From Clostridia bacterium (GTDB lineage Bacteria; Bacillota; Clostridia; Christensenellales; CAG-138), in the NCBI GenBank assembly GCA_045603585.1, contig JAZUMK010000012.1, forward strand, positions 5,176-69,175: DNA of 64,000 bases, written 5' to 3'. The translations under genes were made by a program, and so were the position numbers. A model generated the notes under the pieces. That model did not search any database, was not told where the DNA came from, and was given only the letters and a program-made list of their open reading frames with translations. Shown in pieces: positions 1-9,739 of the stretch. Numbering within the stretch: position 1 is the stretch's first letter; each line of letters starts with the position of its first letter.

Positions 1-95
1 GGCTCATGTCCCTCAAGGCAGGGCCTTTTGCCTGCCTCTGCCAGCGGGCAGCAATCCGCCAGAAAAAAGTCCAGATCTATATCCAGTACCCTCAC
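1..95 (-). CDS. Partial CDS (5' end only), UPF0489-like protein
   Basis: Read on the minus strand: RBS GGAGGT, then GTG at 95, giving MRVLDIDLDFFLADCCPL..., which runs off the window edge. The LDIDLDFF motif is typical of UPF0489 proteins. Confidence 0.55.
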   Translation of the reverse strand, partial: MRVLDIDLDFFLADCCPLAEAGKRPCLEGHE

Positions 96-196
96 GGGAC
101 ACCTCCATAATCATTGCTGATATCAGCATACCATAAATACCGTATTTCCCCAATCGGGATATTAAAAAAAGCTATGATTTATCTGATATTTTTGTA

Positions 197-239
197 TTGA
201 CACCACCCGCAGCGGGCACTATACTAAACACGTATTTAG
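197..239 (+). promoter_or_regulatory. sigmaA promoter of psuK-psuG with an overlapping palindrome
   Basis: TTGACA (197-202), 17-bp spacer, TATACT (220-225). Inverted repeat CTAAA-cacgta-TTTAG at 224-239. Confidence 0.75.
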
Positions 240-274
240 ATAGTAAATATTTGTTGCAAAGGATTGCCTGAAAA

Positions 275-1372
275 ATGACCAATCGCGAGCGGGAAATACT
301 GGATATAATCAAGCAGCAGCCGGATATTGAGCAGAGCGAAATCGCCGCCCGGCTTAACATTGCGCGCGCTTCCGTGGCAGTGCACATTTCCAACCTTCAA
401 AAGAAGGGATACATCGGCGGGCGCATCTACCTTGTAAACGACGAGCCCTACGCCGTGGGCATAGGCGCCGCCAATGTGGACATATGCGGACGCAGCAGCC
501 AGCCCGTGATAATTCACGACAGCAACCCCGGCCGCATGAATATCTCCGCAGGAGGCGTTACCCGCAATATCTGCGAAAACATTGCGCGCCTCGGCGGCAG
601 CGTAAGGCTTATCTCTGCCCTTGGCAGCGATATTTACGGCCGCATGATAAGGGACGACTCCACCGCAGCGGGAATAGACATGAGCCAGTGCATGGTGGTG
701 GAAAATCACTCCTCATCCTCCTACATATCCATGCTGGATGACCACGGTGAGATGTACGTTGCCCTGTCGGATATGACGGTGCTGCAGAATATGAACATGG
801 AATTCATCCGCCGTCGCGAAGGCGTTATCAAGGGCGCCAAGCTGATGGTGTTTGACCCCGGCCTGCCTGAGGATGTTATAGACGGCATCACCATGCTGTA
901 CAGCAGCACTCTGCCCCTGTTCTGCGATCCTGTTTCCTCCGCCTATGCCACCCGCCTTAAGCCCTATGTAGGCCGTGTGCATACCCTCAAGCCCAATCTT
1001 ATGGAGCTGGCCGTGCTGAGCGGACACAAAACCAATACCCTCGAGCAAACCAAGGCCGCCTGTTCCATTCTTCTGGATAAAGGCATACAGCGCATATTTG
1101 TATCCTTGGGTCAGAAGGGCTGCCTCTATATGGATAGGGATGACAACATAATTACCCGCTCCCTCAGCCCTGTATCCGATCCTGTAAACACCTCCGGCGC
1201 AGGCGATGCCTTTATGGGTGCAGTTGCATACGGATACCTGACCGATATGGATATAGACAGCACCCTCAATTATGCCCTTGCCGCAGGCGTTGCGGCAATA
1301 TCCGATCCGAATACCATTAATCCCCGCATGAGCGTGGAAATGATAGAAAAAATAATTGCCGAAAGAGGATAA
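275..1372 (+). CDS. psuK: Pseudouridine kinase (N-terminal HTH fused to PfkB kinase)
   Basis: N-terminal wHTH (QSEIAARLNIARASVAVHISNL), PfkB motifs GGVTRN and NTSGAGDAF, directly upstream of psuG. Confidence 0.85.
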   Translation: MTNREREILDIIKQQPDIEQSEIAARLNIARASVAVHISNLQKKGYIGGRIYLVNDEPYAVGIGAANVDICGRSSQPVIIHDSNPGRMNISAGGVTRNICENIARLGGSVRLISALGSDIYGRMIRDDSTAAGIDMSQCMVVENHSSSSYISMLDDHGEMYVALSDMTVLQNMNMEFIRRREGVIKGAKLMVFDPGLPEDVIDGITMLYSSTLPLFCDPVSSAYATRLKPYVGRVHTLKPNLMELAVLSGHKTNTLEQTKAACSILLDKGIQRIFVSLGQKGCLYMDRDDNIITRSLSPVSDPVNTSGAGDAFMGAVAYGYLTDMDIDSTLNYALAAGVAAISDPNTINPRMSVEMIEKIIAERG

Positions 1373-1377
1373 ATATT

Positions 1378-2298
1378 ATGACTATGAAGGATTATCTCAG
1401 CATCACCCCCGAAATTCAGCAGGCAATCGACGAAGGCCGCCCCATAGTAGCCCTTGAAAGCACCATTCTCAGCCACGGTATGCCCTTCCCCCAGAATGTG
1501 GAATTTGCCCACAAGGTAGAAGAGATCGTTCGCGGCGAAGGCGCCATCCCCGCCACCACCGCCATCATCGGCGGCAAGCTGAAGGTTGGCCTTACCTCCG
1601 AAGAGCTTGAGCTTATGTGCAAGGGCGAGAATGTAGGCAAGGTAAGCCGTCGTGACGTAGCCGTATACCTTGCCACCGGCAAGACCGGCGCAACCACCGT
1701 TGCCACCACCATGATGATCGCTGCCATGGCAGGCATCCCCATCTTTGCTACCGGCGGTATCGGCGGCGTACATCGCGGCGCAACCGAAACCATGGACATC
1801 AGCGCAGACCTGCAGGAACTGGCTCACACCCCCGTTGCAGTTGTTGGCGCAGGCGCAAAGTCCCTGCTGGACATCGGCCTTACCCTGGAATATCTCGAAA
1901 CCATGGGTGTACCCGTTATCGGCGTTGACACAAATGACTTCCCCGCTTTCTACTGCCGTAAGAGCGGCTACAAGGTAGACCACAATGCCAAGGATGCAAA
2001 CGAGATCGCCCGCATCCTCAAGACCAAGTGGGATCTGGGTCTGGAAGGCGGCGCCCTTATCGCCAACCCCATCCCCGAAGAATTTGAGCTGGACTTTGAC
2101 GAGATGGAAACCGTTATCAACAACGCTCTGGCTCTGGCCAAGGAACAGGGCATCCGCGGCAAGGATACCACCCCCTTCCTGCTGTCCCATATCAAGGACA
2201 TGACCGAAGGCGTTTCCTTCGCTTCCAATCTGGAGCTTGCCTACAACAACGCCCGCGTTGCCTCCCGCATCGCCGTGGAATACAGCAAGCTGTCCTGA
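1378..2298 (+). CDS. psuG: Pseudouridine-5'-phosphate glycosidase
   Basis: Signature motifs VALESTILSHGMPFPQN, KVSRRD, GATTVA, TGGIGGVHRG, DISADL, GKDTTPFLL. Confidence 0.95.
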   Translation: MTMKDYLSITPEIQQAIDEGRPIVALESTILSHGMPFPQNVEFAHKVEEIVRGEGAIPATTAIIGGKLKVGLTSEELELMCKGENVGKVSRRDVAVYLATGKTGATTVATTMMIAAMAGIPIFATGGIGGVHRGATETMDISADLQELAHTPVAVVGAGAKSLLDIGLTLEYLETMGVPVIGVDTNDFPAFYCRKSGYKVDHNAKDANEIARILKTKWDLGLEGGALIANPIPEEFELDFDEMETVINNALALAKEQGIRGKDTTPFLLSHIKDMTEGVSFASNLELAYNNARVASRIAVEYSKLS

Positions 2299-2312
2299 TA
2301 AAACATTTATGC

Positions 2313-2345
2313 AAAGGCTTCCCATATGGGGAGCCTTTTTGCTTT
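2313..2345 (+). terminator. Rho-independent terminator
   Basis: AAAGGCTTCCC-atat-GGGGAGCCTTT followed by a T run, just after the psuG stop. Confidence 0.8.
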
Positions 2346-2453
2346 ATGCAATACGGGTTTATCCCGCCTGTGCGATTGACTTTTATCCTGAAAGAATGTA
2401 CTATCTGCTTGTAGCGGCAAGCTGATCGCCAATCTATCCCAAAGGAGAACAAC

Positions 2454-3656
2454 ATGACTGCAACAGAGCGCTTTTTAAAATATGTGTCTTTCGACACCGC
2501 ATCGGATTACGATTCCGAAACCTCCCCTTCCACCATGAAGCAGAAAGAGCTGGGCGCTGCATTGCTTGAAGAAATGCAGCGCATTGGCCTTACAGACGTT
2601 CATATGGATGACTGCGGCAATGTTATCGGCACGCTGAGCGCCAATGCATCCGCCCCTGTAATAGGCCTTATCGCCCATATGGATACCTCCCCCGATGCAT
2701 CCGGCAAAGACATAAAGGCCGCCATAGTAAACTATCAGGGCGGCGAACTGAAGCTTTCGGATGATGTATCCCTCAGCGAATCCCTCTGCCCCGGCCTGGA
2801 GGAATACATCGGCAAGGATATTATCGTTACCGACGGCACCACCCTGCTGGGCGCAGACGATAAGGCGGGCATCGCCGAAATAATGACTGCCCTTGAGACC
2901 ATCATTACCAAAGATCTGCCCCACGGAGAGATTCGCGCAGTGTTCACCACCGACGAAGAAGTGGGCAAGGGCACAGACGGCCTCAACGTGAAGGAGCTGG
3001 GCTGTGATTTTGCCTATACCGTAGACGGCGGCCCCATAGGCGAAATAGAATACGAAAACTTCAACGCCGCAAATGCAGTAGTATCCATAAAAGGCGTTGG
3101 GGTCCACCCCGGGCGGGCAAAGGGCGTAATGGTAAACGCCACCACCGTCGCAATGGAATTCAATGCCCTGCTGCCTGCCGATGAAGTTTGCGAAAAGACC
3201 GAGGGCTACGAAGGCTTCTTCCATCTGCATACCATGATGGGCGGCACAGTGGAAACCGACCTTCACTACCTTATCCGCGACCACGATATGGCATCCTTTG
3301 AGCGGCGCAAGGAGCAGATGCGCGCCGCCGCAGAGGAGATAAACCGCATATACGGCCCCGGCACCGCCACCGCCGTGATCCGGGACAGCTACTACAACAT
3401 GAAGGAAAAGATACTGCCCCATATGCATCTTATTTCCCGGGCGGAAGAAGCCTTCCTTTCAAACGGCGTAACTCCCATGATAATCCCCATCCGTGGAGGC
3501 ACTGACGGCGCAAGGCTTTCCTGGGACGGTCTGCCCTGCCCCAATATTTCCACCGGAGGATACAATTTCCACGGTGTGCGGGAATGGATACCCGTAAGCA
3601 GCATAGAGAAGATGACAGACGTCATAATTTCCCTTGCTCAGAGCTTTATCGAGTAA
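2454..3656 (+). CDS. pepT: Peptidase T (tripeptide aminopeptidase, M20B)
   Basis: Motifs AHMDTSPD, TDGTTLLGADDKAG, DEEVG, ENFNAA, HPGxAKG, IRGGTDG, NFHG. Upstream TTGACT-17-TACTAT at 2376-2404. Confidence 0.95.
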   Translation: MTATERFLKYVSFDTASDYDSETSPSTMKQKELGAALLEEMQRIGLTDVHMDDCGNVIGTLSANASAPVIGLIAHMDTSPDASGKDIKAAIVNYQGGELKLSDDVSLSESLCPGLEEYIGKDIIVTDGTTLLGADDKAGIAEIMTALETIITKDLPHGEIRAVFTTDEEVGKGTDGLNVKELGCDFAYTVDGGPIGEIEYENFNAANAVVSIKGVGVHPGRAKGVMVNATTVAMEFNALLPADEVCEKTEGYEGFFHLHTMMGGTVETDLHYLIRDHDMASFERRKEQMRAAAEEINRIYGPGTATAVIRDSYYNMKEKILPHMHLISRAEEAFLSNGVTPMIIPIRGGTDGARLSWDGLPCPNISTGGYNFHGVREWIPVSSIEKMTDVIISLAQSFIE

Positions 3657-3762
3657 AACCATAAAGGCCCTGCGCTAAGCGGGGCTTTTGTTTTGTGCAG
3701 ACGTCCTTTTATATGGCGATATGCACAGCATATGTGCTATACTGGAAAAAATGGAGGACGAT

Positions 3763-4464
3763 ATGAAGGTAACATACATTTATCACAGCGGATTTCTCAT
3801 CGAAACCGCTTCCGGCTATTATATCTTTGACTATTACAAGGGCGAACTGCCCGCCATGGACCCGGACAAGCCTGTAGTGGTTTTCGCCAGCCATCATCAC
3901 GAGGACCATTATAATCCGGAAATTTTCCGCATACTGAAGGACAGAGGGATGACCTATATACTGGCAGTGCTTGCCAAGGATATCTTCCCCCATAAACATC
4001 CCGAAGGTATTGTCGTTCTATCCGTCCACGGCAAAAAGGATTATGAGCTGCCCCATGGCGAAAAGCTCCATACCCTCATTTCAAATGATTCCGGCGTTGC
4101 CTTTTTGCTGAAAACAGATGAAGGCACCATCTATCATTCCGGCGACCTGAATGACTGGACATGGGAAGGGGAAAGCGAAAAATTCAATCAGCAGATACGT
4201 GAATGTTTCCGCCGCAGAATAGACGAAATCCAGGGCACCGAAATAGACGTGGCCATGCTGCCATTGGATTCCCGTCAGGAAAGCCACTATGCAGACGGAG
4301 CCGCATACTTTTTATCCGTGATAACCCCCCGGGAAGTTTATCCCATGCATTACTGGCAAAAGCCGGAGGTTATTGACCGCTTTGTCCGTGAATACCCCCA
4401 ATACAGGGCAATTATCAAAAATACCGAAAAATACGCAGGAGGTATACCATGCAGTTCAAAATGA
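3763..4464 (+). CDS. MBL-fold metallo-hydrolase
   Basis: ATG at 3763 after GGAGG. Motifs YIYHSGF, SHHHEDH, HSGDLN, PMH. Confidence 0.8.
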   Translation: MKVTYIYHSGFLIETASGYYIFDYYKGELPAMDPDKPVVVFASHHHEDHYNPEIFRILKDRGMTYILAVLAKDIFPHKHPEGIVVLSVHGKKDYELPHGEKLHTLISNDSGVAFLLKTDEGTIYHSGDLNDWTWEGESEKFNQQIRECFRRRIDEIQGTEIDVAMLPLDSRQESHYADGAAYFLSVITPREVYPMHYWQKPEVIDRFVREYPQYRAIIKNTEKYAGGIPCSSK

Positions 4465-4814
4465 TCCACGAAAACTACAACGTAAGCAATCTTGAGCGCT
4501 CTCTGGAGTTTTACAACAAGGCTCTGGGTCTCAGCGAAAAGCGCCGCAAAACCGGCAAAGGCTTCACCATAGTATACATCGGCAATGATGCGGCTGACTT
4601 TGAGCTGGAGCTTACCGTTCTGGATGAGCATCCCCAGAAATACGACCTTGGCGAATGCGAATTCCATCTTGCATTTCAGGCAGAGGACTTTGACGCCGCC
4701 CATGCCCTCCATGAAGAAATGGGCTGCATCTGCTATGAAAATCCCGCCATGGGCATATACTTCATTCAGGACCCCGACGGATACTGGCTGGAGATAGTGC
4801 CTGTGCGCAAATAA
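4449..4814 (+). CDS. VOC/glyoxalase family protein (lactoylglutathione lyase-like)
   Basis: HENYNVSNLERSLEFY, ELELT, HLAF, FIQDPDGYWLE. Confidence 0.85.
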   Translation: MQFKMIHENYNVSNLERSLEFYNKALGLSEKRRKTGKGFTIVYIGNDAADFELELTVLDEHPQKYDLGECEFHLAFQAEDFDAAHALHEEMGCICYENPAMGIYFIQDPDGYWLEIVPVRK

Positions 4815-4823
4815 GGAGCTGCC

Positions 4824-4994
4824 ATGGAGCCCAAAGAATACATTCTCACCCGCATAGACGGCGACTATGCATACCTTAAGCGCACGGATATCCCCTGCGA
4901 GGAGGAGCTTTTCATCGCCCGGGCGCTGCTTCCGCAGGAAGCGGATGAGGGCAGCCGCCTGAGATACGAAATGCTGGAATACACCGTAATCTGA
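4824..4994 (+). CDS. Small 56-aa protein, not in the ORF track
   Basis: AAGGAG RBS, ATG at 4824, MEPKEYILTRIDGDYAYLKRTDIPCEEELFIARALLPQEADEGSRLRYEMLEYTVI*, followed by a terminator. Confidence 0.7.
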   Translation: MEPKEYILTRIDGDYAYLKRTDIPCEEELFIARALLPQEADEGSRLRYEMLEYTVI

Positions 4995-5002
4995 CACATA
5001 CC

Positions 5003-5033
5003 AAAAAGCAGTACCCTTCCGGTACTGCTTTTA
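5003..5033. terminator. Bidirectional terminator
   Basis: AAAAGCAGTACC-cttcc-GGTACTGCTTTT between convergent genes. Confidence 0.8.
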
Positions 5034-5042
5034 TATTGCGTA

Positions 5043-8000
5043 CTATTCCGCGCTCTTTAGGGATTCCACCATGTCTATGCCCTTCATCTGCCTGTGGGCG
5101 ATCACATTCACGATGACGGAAAACAGCGCTGTAAGCCCTCCCGAAACCACATAACAGCCCGGGGTGACCACTCTGCCGAACATCATCACATCTATCTCCA
5201 CAGAGCGAATCATCCAGCCATGGAGATATTTGCCCATTATGCAGCCCAGAGCTATGCCTGCTATGGTAAGCACCACATTCTCCCTGTACACATAGGCGCT
5301 CACTTCGCCGTCATAGAAGCCGAGCACCTTGATCGTAGCCAGTTCCCTCATGCGCTCCGTCATATTGATATTGGACAGATTATACAGCACGACTATGGCC
5401 AGCGCTGCGGCGCACAGTATTATAACGACCACTACGAAATCCACCCGGGCCATGCTCTGCATATAGGTATCCTGAGTATCCGCTGCCCGCGTGGCTGCGG
5501 ATATGCCGTTTAAGGCAAGCAGTTCGGTGGTTATCCGTTCGCTGTTCTCACGGCTGTCGTCGGCAAGATTGAGCATTGCGCCGTTCAGCTGGGGCTGTTC
5601 GCCGAATATCTGCTGATATGCATCTGCAGTCAGGTATATAAAATGTCCAACGTAGTTTTCGTATATGCCTGCCACAACGGCCTCATGCATGCCATCGCTG
5701 TCTATAAGGAAGCTGTCGCCAACCTTCAGCTGCAGCAGCTCGCTGAGCTTTATATCCATCAATACGCCGCTCTTGGGCAGGTCAAGCGGCTCCTTGGTAT
5801 CGTAATCCCTCAGGACAACAAACTTTGCTATATCCTCAGGAGAGAATACCTCAAGGTATGCGCTGATGGAATACGCATCGGACTGGGCAGTTACGCCCGC
5901 GGCATATATTTCGGCCCAATCTTTTATCCCGTCAGAAGCGGCAAGATACTGCCGTATCTCATCCCGCTCCTCATCCAGCACGCCCTCTGCATAGGCTATC
6001 TGAGCATCGTAATTAAACAGTTCATCATACTGAACGCCTGAGGCCATGGTGAGAGAATCCCTGAGGCCAACGCCCGCTATGACAAGGGCAGTACACCCGC
6101 CTATACCTATTACCGTCATCCAGAACCGCTTCTGATAGCGGAAAAGATTTCGGGAGGTTATCTTCCAGTTAAAGCTCATCCGCTTCCACAAAGGCGCTAT
6201 CCGCTCCAGCAATACCCGCTTGCCCGGCATGGGAGCCCGGGGGCGCATAAGGTTTGCGGGAGAATCCTCAAGGGTGGACAGACAAGCCCACATGGTGGAT
6301 ACCGTAGTACAGGCCACCGCCATAAGAACTGACATTATGCTAAGCCCCGGATATACCCTGAGGGTGATATTGGGCATTTCATACATTATCTGATAGGATA
6401 TGTATATCATTGCCGGGAACAGCGTATGACCTATCACAAGGCCGATAAGGCCGCCTGCAAGGCTGGGCAGCAAGCCATAGCTCAGATACTTTGCGGAAAT
6501 GGTCCAGCGGCCATAGCCCAGCGCCTTCATAAGGCCTATCTCTGTGCGGTGCTCCTCCACCATGCGGGTCATGGTGGTAAGGCATACCAATCCTGCCACA
6601 AGGAAGAATATTACAGGGAATACCGCCGCCAGGTTTGCCATGCGGTCCGCATCCTGCCCAAAGCCGGTGTAGCCGGGATTATATCCTCTGGAAAGAATAT
6701 ACCATTCGCATTGCTCTATTTCTGCCACTTCGCGGCGGGCATCCGCAAGTTTTTCCTTTGCCTCGGCGATCTCCTCCGCCGCTTCTATCTTGCCCTCTTC
6801 AAGGTCGATCAGGCCGTCCTCATATTCCTTTTCGCCGTCCTTCAGCTCCTGCAGGGCTTCCGGCAATTCTTCCATTCCGTCGTAATATTCCTGCCAGCCG
6901 TCCTCAAGCTCCCGCCTGCCCTTGTTATATGCTTTTCGGCCGGATTCCAGCTCCGCATATCCTGCATCCAGCTGTGCCTTTGCCCCATCAAGCTCCGCCT
7001 TGACGGCATCCAGCATGCTTTTGCCCTGATTGTATTCAGCCAGTGCGGTATTGAGCTGCTGCCTGCTTTGTTCTATAACTGCGGCAGCGCCGTTTATGGC
7101 GGTAAGATTCTGATCAAGAGAATCCAGCTGAGCCTGCACGGCATCAATGGCAGCCTGCTTGTTTTCGTATCCTTCGTCGCCCTCCTGAAGTCCATTCAGA
7201 TAGTCAAGCTGCTGCTTACAGGCTTCAATATCCTGCAGTACTTCGGCTTTGCTGCGTTCGCATGCTTCCGTCTGTTCTTCTATTTGGGCAAAGCCTGCAT
7301 CTATCTGCGCTTTGGATGATTCGAATGCTGCTGCACTTTCCTGATACTGGTCATAGCCGTCCTGATACTGCTTGAGGGCTTCTTCATATTCTCTCTGGCC
7401 CGCTCTCAGCTCAGCCCTGCCGTCCTTGAGCTTTTCTTCAGCATCCACAAGGTCGATATACGCCTGCTCAAGATCCTTCTTGCCCTTGCGGTATTCATAC
7501 CAGCCGTCATCCAGCTTTTTCCTTGCATCCGCAAGCTCCTGCTCCGCATCCGCTATTTCCTCTGCAACCTCTCTTTCAGCATCTGCAAGCTCCTGCTCCG
7601 CATCTGTTATCTCTTCCATTGCCTCGCCTATTATTTCATCATAGCGAAGCTGCGCCCTTTCCTCGCCAAGGGGCTCAAGACCGTCTATAACATCATCGAT
7701 ATAATCGTCGTATTCATCCGTAAATGCGGTAAGGTATTCTGCCTCCCGTACCCTGAGATATGCTATGGTATAGCAATCCATATTAAAAGCCGTCTCTTTA
7801 AGGTATACATATCCCTGCACAGAGCCGGAGCCAATGGAGGCAGAGCCCCTCTCCACGCTCACATAATAGGGACTGCGCACAGTACCAACTATGCGGAAAC
7901 TATCGTAAATAAAGCCGCCCTCATTATCCTCAGAGGGTATTATGGACAGCTTATCTCCTATGGAAAGCCCCAGCTTATCCAGGAAGTTTGTATCCACCAC

Positions 8001-8399
8001 GCATTCCCGGCTGACTATGGGCAGGCGGCCCTGCATCAGCACCAGACGGTTTACATCCTCTGCGATGGAATACACCTTGGCAACAGCATCTCCCGCCCAG
8101 GCATCCGTAACGTATGCGCCCACGGCATACTCTATTTCCTGCCTTTTGGAAAGCTCCGCAACGTCCTCCTCCGTTATGCCCAATGTTGACATAACCTGGA
8201 TATCTATAAGCTTCTGCTGATCCAGATAATCGTCGCCTGTACCCTTCATATCAGGCGCGGTAACCTTAAGGCCGCACAAGAACGCAACCGCCAGCGCGCT
8301 CAGTATCATTATGGCAAGGAAGCGGTTCCTGCTGTTTTTTATTTCTCTGAGTATGTCTTTTTTTGCTGCGGATTTCACAGGGATCGCCCTCCTTTCCAT
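5043..8399 (-). CDS. FtsX/MacB-type ABC permease with a long coiled-coil insert
   Basis: Two FtsX-like TM blocks (TTMTRMVEEHRTEIGLMKALGY; ERMRELATIKVLGF) around a central coiled coil. Confidence 0.85.
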   Translation of the reverse strand: MERRAIPVKSAAKKDILREIKNSRNRFLAIMILSALAVAFLCGLKVTAPDMKGTGDDYLDQQKLIDIQVMSTLGITEEDVAELSKRQEIEYAVGAYVTDAWAGDAVAKVYSIAEDVNRLVLMQGRLPIVSRECVVDTNFLDKLGLSIGDKLSIIPSEDNEGGFIYDSFRIVGTVRSPYYVSVERGSASIGSGSVQGYVYLKETAFNMDCYTIAYLRVREAEYLTAFTDEYDDYIDDVIDGLEPLGEERAQLRYDEIIGEAMEEITDAEQELADAEREVAEEIADAEQELADARKKLDDGWYEYRKGKKDLEQAYIDLVDAEEKLKDGRAELRAGQREYEEALKQYQDGYDQYQESAAAFESSKAQIDAGFAQIEEQTEACERSKAEVLQDIEACKQQLDYLNGLQEGDEGYENKQAAIDAVQAQLDSLDQNLTAINGAAAVIEQSRQQLNTALAEYNQGKSMLDAVKAELDGAKAQLDAGYAELESGRKAYNKGRRELEDGWQEYYDGMEELPEALQELKDGEKEYEDGLIDLEEGKIEAAEEIAEAKEKLADARREVAEIEQCEWYILSRGYNPGYTGFGQDADRMANLAAVFPVIFFLVAGLVCLTTMTRMVEEHRTEIGLMKALGYGRWTISAKYLSYGLLPSLAGGLIGLVIGHTLFPAMIYISYQIMYEMPNITLRVYPGLSIMSVLMAVACTTVSTMWACLSTLEDSPANLMRPRAPMPGKRVLLERIAPLWKRMSFNWKITSRNLFRYQKRFWMTVIGIGGCTALVIAGVGLRDSLTMASGVQYDELFNYDAQIAYAEGVLDEERDEIRQYLAASDGIKDWAEIYAAGVTAQSDAYSISAYLEVFSPEDIAKFVVLRDYDTKEPLDLPKSGVLMDIKLSELLQLKVGDSFLIDSDGMHEAVVAGIYENYVGHFIYLTADAYQQIFGEQPQLNGAMLNLADDSRENSERITTELLALNGISAATRAADTQDTYMQSMARVDFVVVVIILCAAALAIVVLYNLSNINMTERMRELATIKVLGFYDGEVSAYVYRENVVLTIAGIALGCIMGKYLHGWMIRSVEIDVMMFGRVVTPGCYVVSGGLTALFSVIVNVIAHRQMKGIDMVESLKSAE

Positions 8400-8415
8400 G
8401 TTTTTCAGCTATATT

Positions 8416-9120
8416 CTACCACTCTATCTCTTCAACAGGGGTGGGGTCGGGATTGTATTCTTCCTTGTCGACCTTTCCGTTTCGTATGTGTATAACGTGA
8501 TCTGCCATGGGACGTATTGCGCCGTTATGGGTTATGACGATAACCGTAACGCCCTTTGTGCGGCAGGTATCCTGCAATAGCTTCAATATGGATTTGCCGG
8601 TAACATAATCCAGCGCACCTGTGGGCTCATCGCAAAGAAGCAGCTTTGGATTCTTTGCAAGAGCCCTTGCAATGGATATGCGCTGCTGCTCGCCGCCGGA
8701 AAGCTGGCTGGGGAAATTATTGCTGCGCTCGGTCAGCCCTACGCCTGCCACTGCCTCCGCCGCGTCCATGGGGTCTCTGCATATCTGGGCTGCAAGCTCC
8801 ACGTTTTCAAGGGCGGTAAGATTCTGCACCAGATTGTAAAACTGAAAAACAAAACCCACATCATGCCTGCGGTAAGTGGTAAGTTCTTTTGGGGAAAGGC
8901 CGCTGATGGTGGTGCCGTCCACGGTTATTTCGCCTTCAGTGCAGCTGTCCATGCCTCCCAGCATATTCAGCACGGTGGTTTTGCCTGCGCCGGAAGGACC
9001 AACGATAATGCAGAACTCACCCTTTGCAATGGAAAAATTAATATGATCCACCGCATTGATGGTAACCTGCCCCATCTGATATCGCTTTGACACGTCATTG
9101 AATACTACGAAATCCTTCAT
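8416..9120 (-). CDS. ABC exporter ATP-binding protein (LolD/MacB type)
   Basis: [28 protein letters not shown]. Confidence 0.92.
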   Translation of the reverse strand: MKDFVVFNDVSKRYQMGQVTINAVDHINFSIAKGEFCIIVGPSGAGKTTVLNMLGGMDSCTEGEITVDGTTISGLSPKELTTYRRHDVGFVFQFYNLVQNLTALENVELAAQICRDPMDAAEAVAGVGLTERSNNFPSQLSGGEQQRISIARALAKNPKLLLCDEPTGALDYVTGKSILKLLQDTCRTKGVTVIVITHNGAIRPMADHVIHIRNGKVDKEEYNPDPTPVEEIEW

Positions 9121-9283
9121 ATGTCCCTTCCTTTATAATCGCAAATAAACACAAGCCCTATTTTTCTATTATAATTATATCACTCTTTGTTTTCTGCACA
9201 ACCAGCCATATATGACATTGCGGTGAAATTTATACAAACCCGCGCAACAAAAAGGCCATGCCCCTCAGCACAGCCCTTATTGC

Positions 9284-9739
9284 TTATTTGTTGTATTCCA
9301 TTGGAATGAATGTCATGCCCTCAGCGGTTTCGGCGTTTCCTGTGGAAACAAACCCCATGCGTTCATATGCAGCCATTGCGTAGGGTGAGGCGTTAACAGT
9401 AAGCCTTTCTGTGGCGGAATCACGGATAATCGCCTTAACAAGCTTTGCGGCAATACCGCGACGGTGATAGGCTTTGTCCACAAACAGCAGCATGATATGG
9501 CTGCCATTCTTTCGGCTTGCGGCGGTGCCAACAATCTTATCATTTGAAAATGCGCCGTAAAATGCGTATTCCCCCGTCTGCCAGCCGATAATATTATTCT
9601 CCTCCTCCGTTACCCTGTAAAAGGTATCGCGGCCTTCCCGGGTATAATCCGGAGCTACAAACTCGTCAAATACCCTCCGGCAAAGGGCAAGCGCCTCTCT
9701 GACCTCATCCGCCGAAGCAAGTTTTCTTATTTCTTCCAC
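9284..9739 (-). CDS. GNAT family acetyltransferase
   Basis: LFVDKAYHRRGIA, VNASPYA, YERMGF. Likely GTG start at 9739, overlapping the upstream stop. Confidence 0.8.
   Translation of the reverse strand: MEEIRKLASADEVREALALCRRVFDEFVAPDYTREGRDTFYRVTEEENNIIGWQTGEYAFYGAFSNDKIVGTAASRKNGSHIMLLFVDKAYHRRGIAAKLVKAIIRDSATERLTVNASPYAMAAYERMGFVSTGNAETAEGMTFIPMEYNK

Noticed and set aside
6700-7650. Repetitive Glu/Ala/Gln-rich stretch in the large permease
   Set aside because: This is an ordinary coiled-coil insert of FtsX-like permeases in Firmicutes, not a repeat element.
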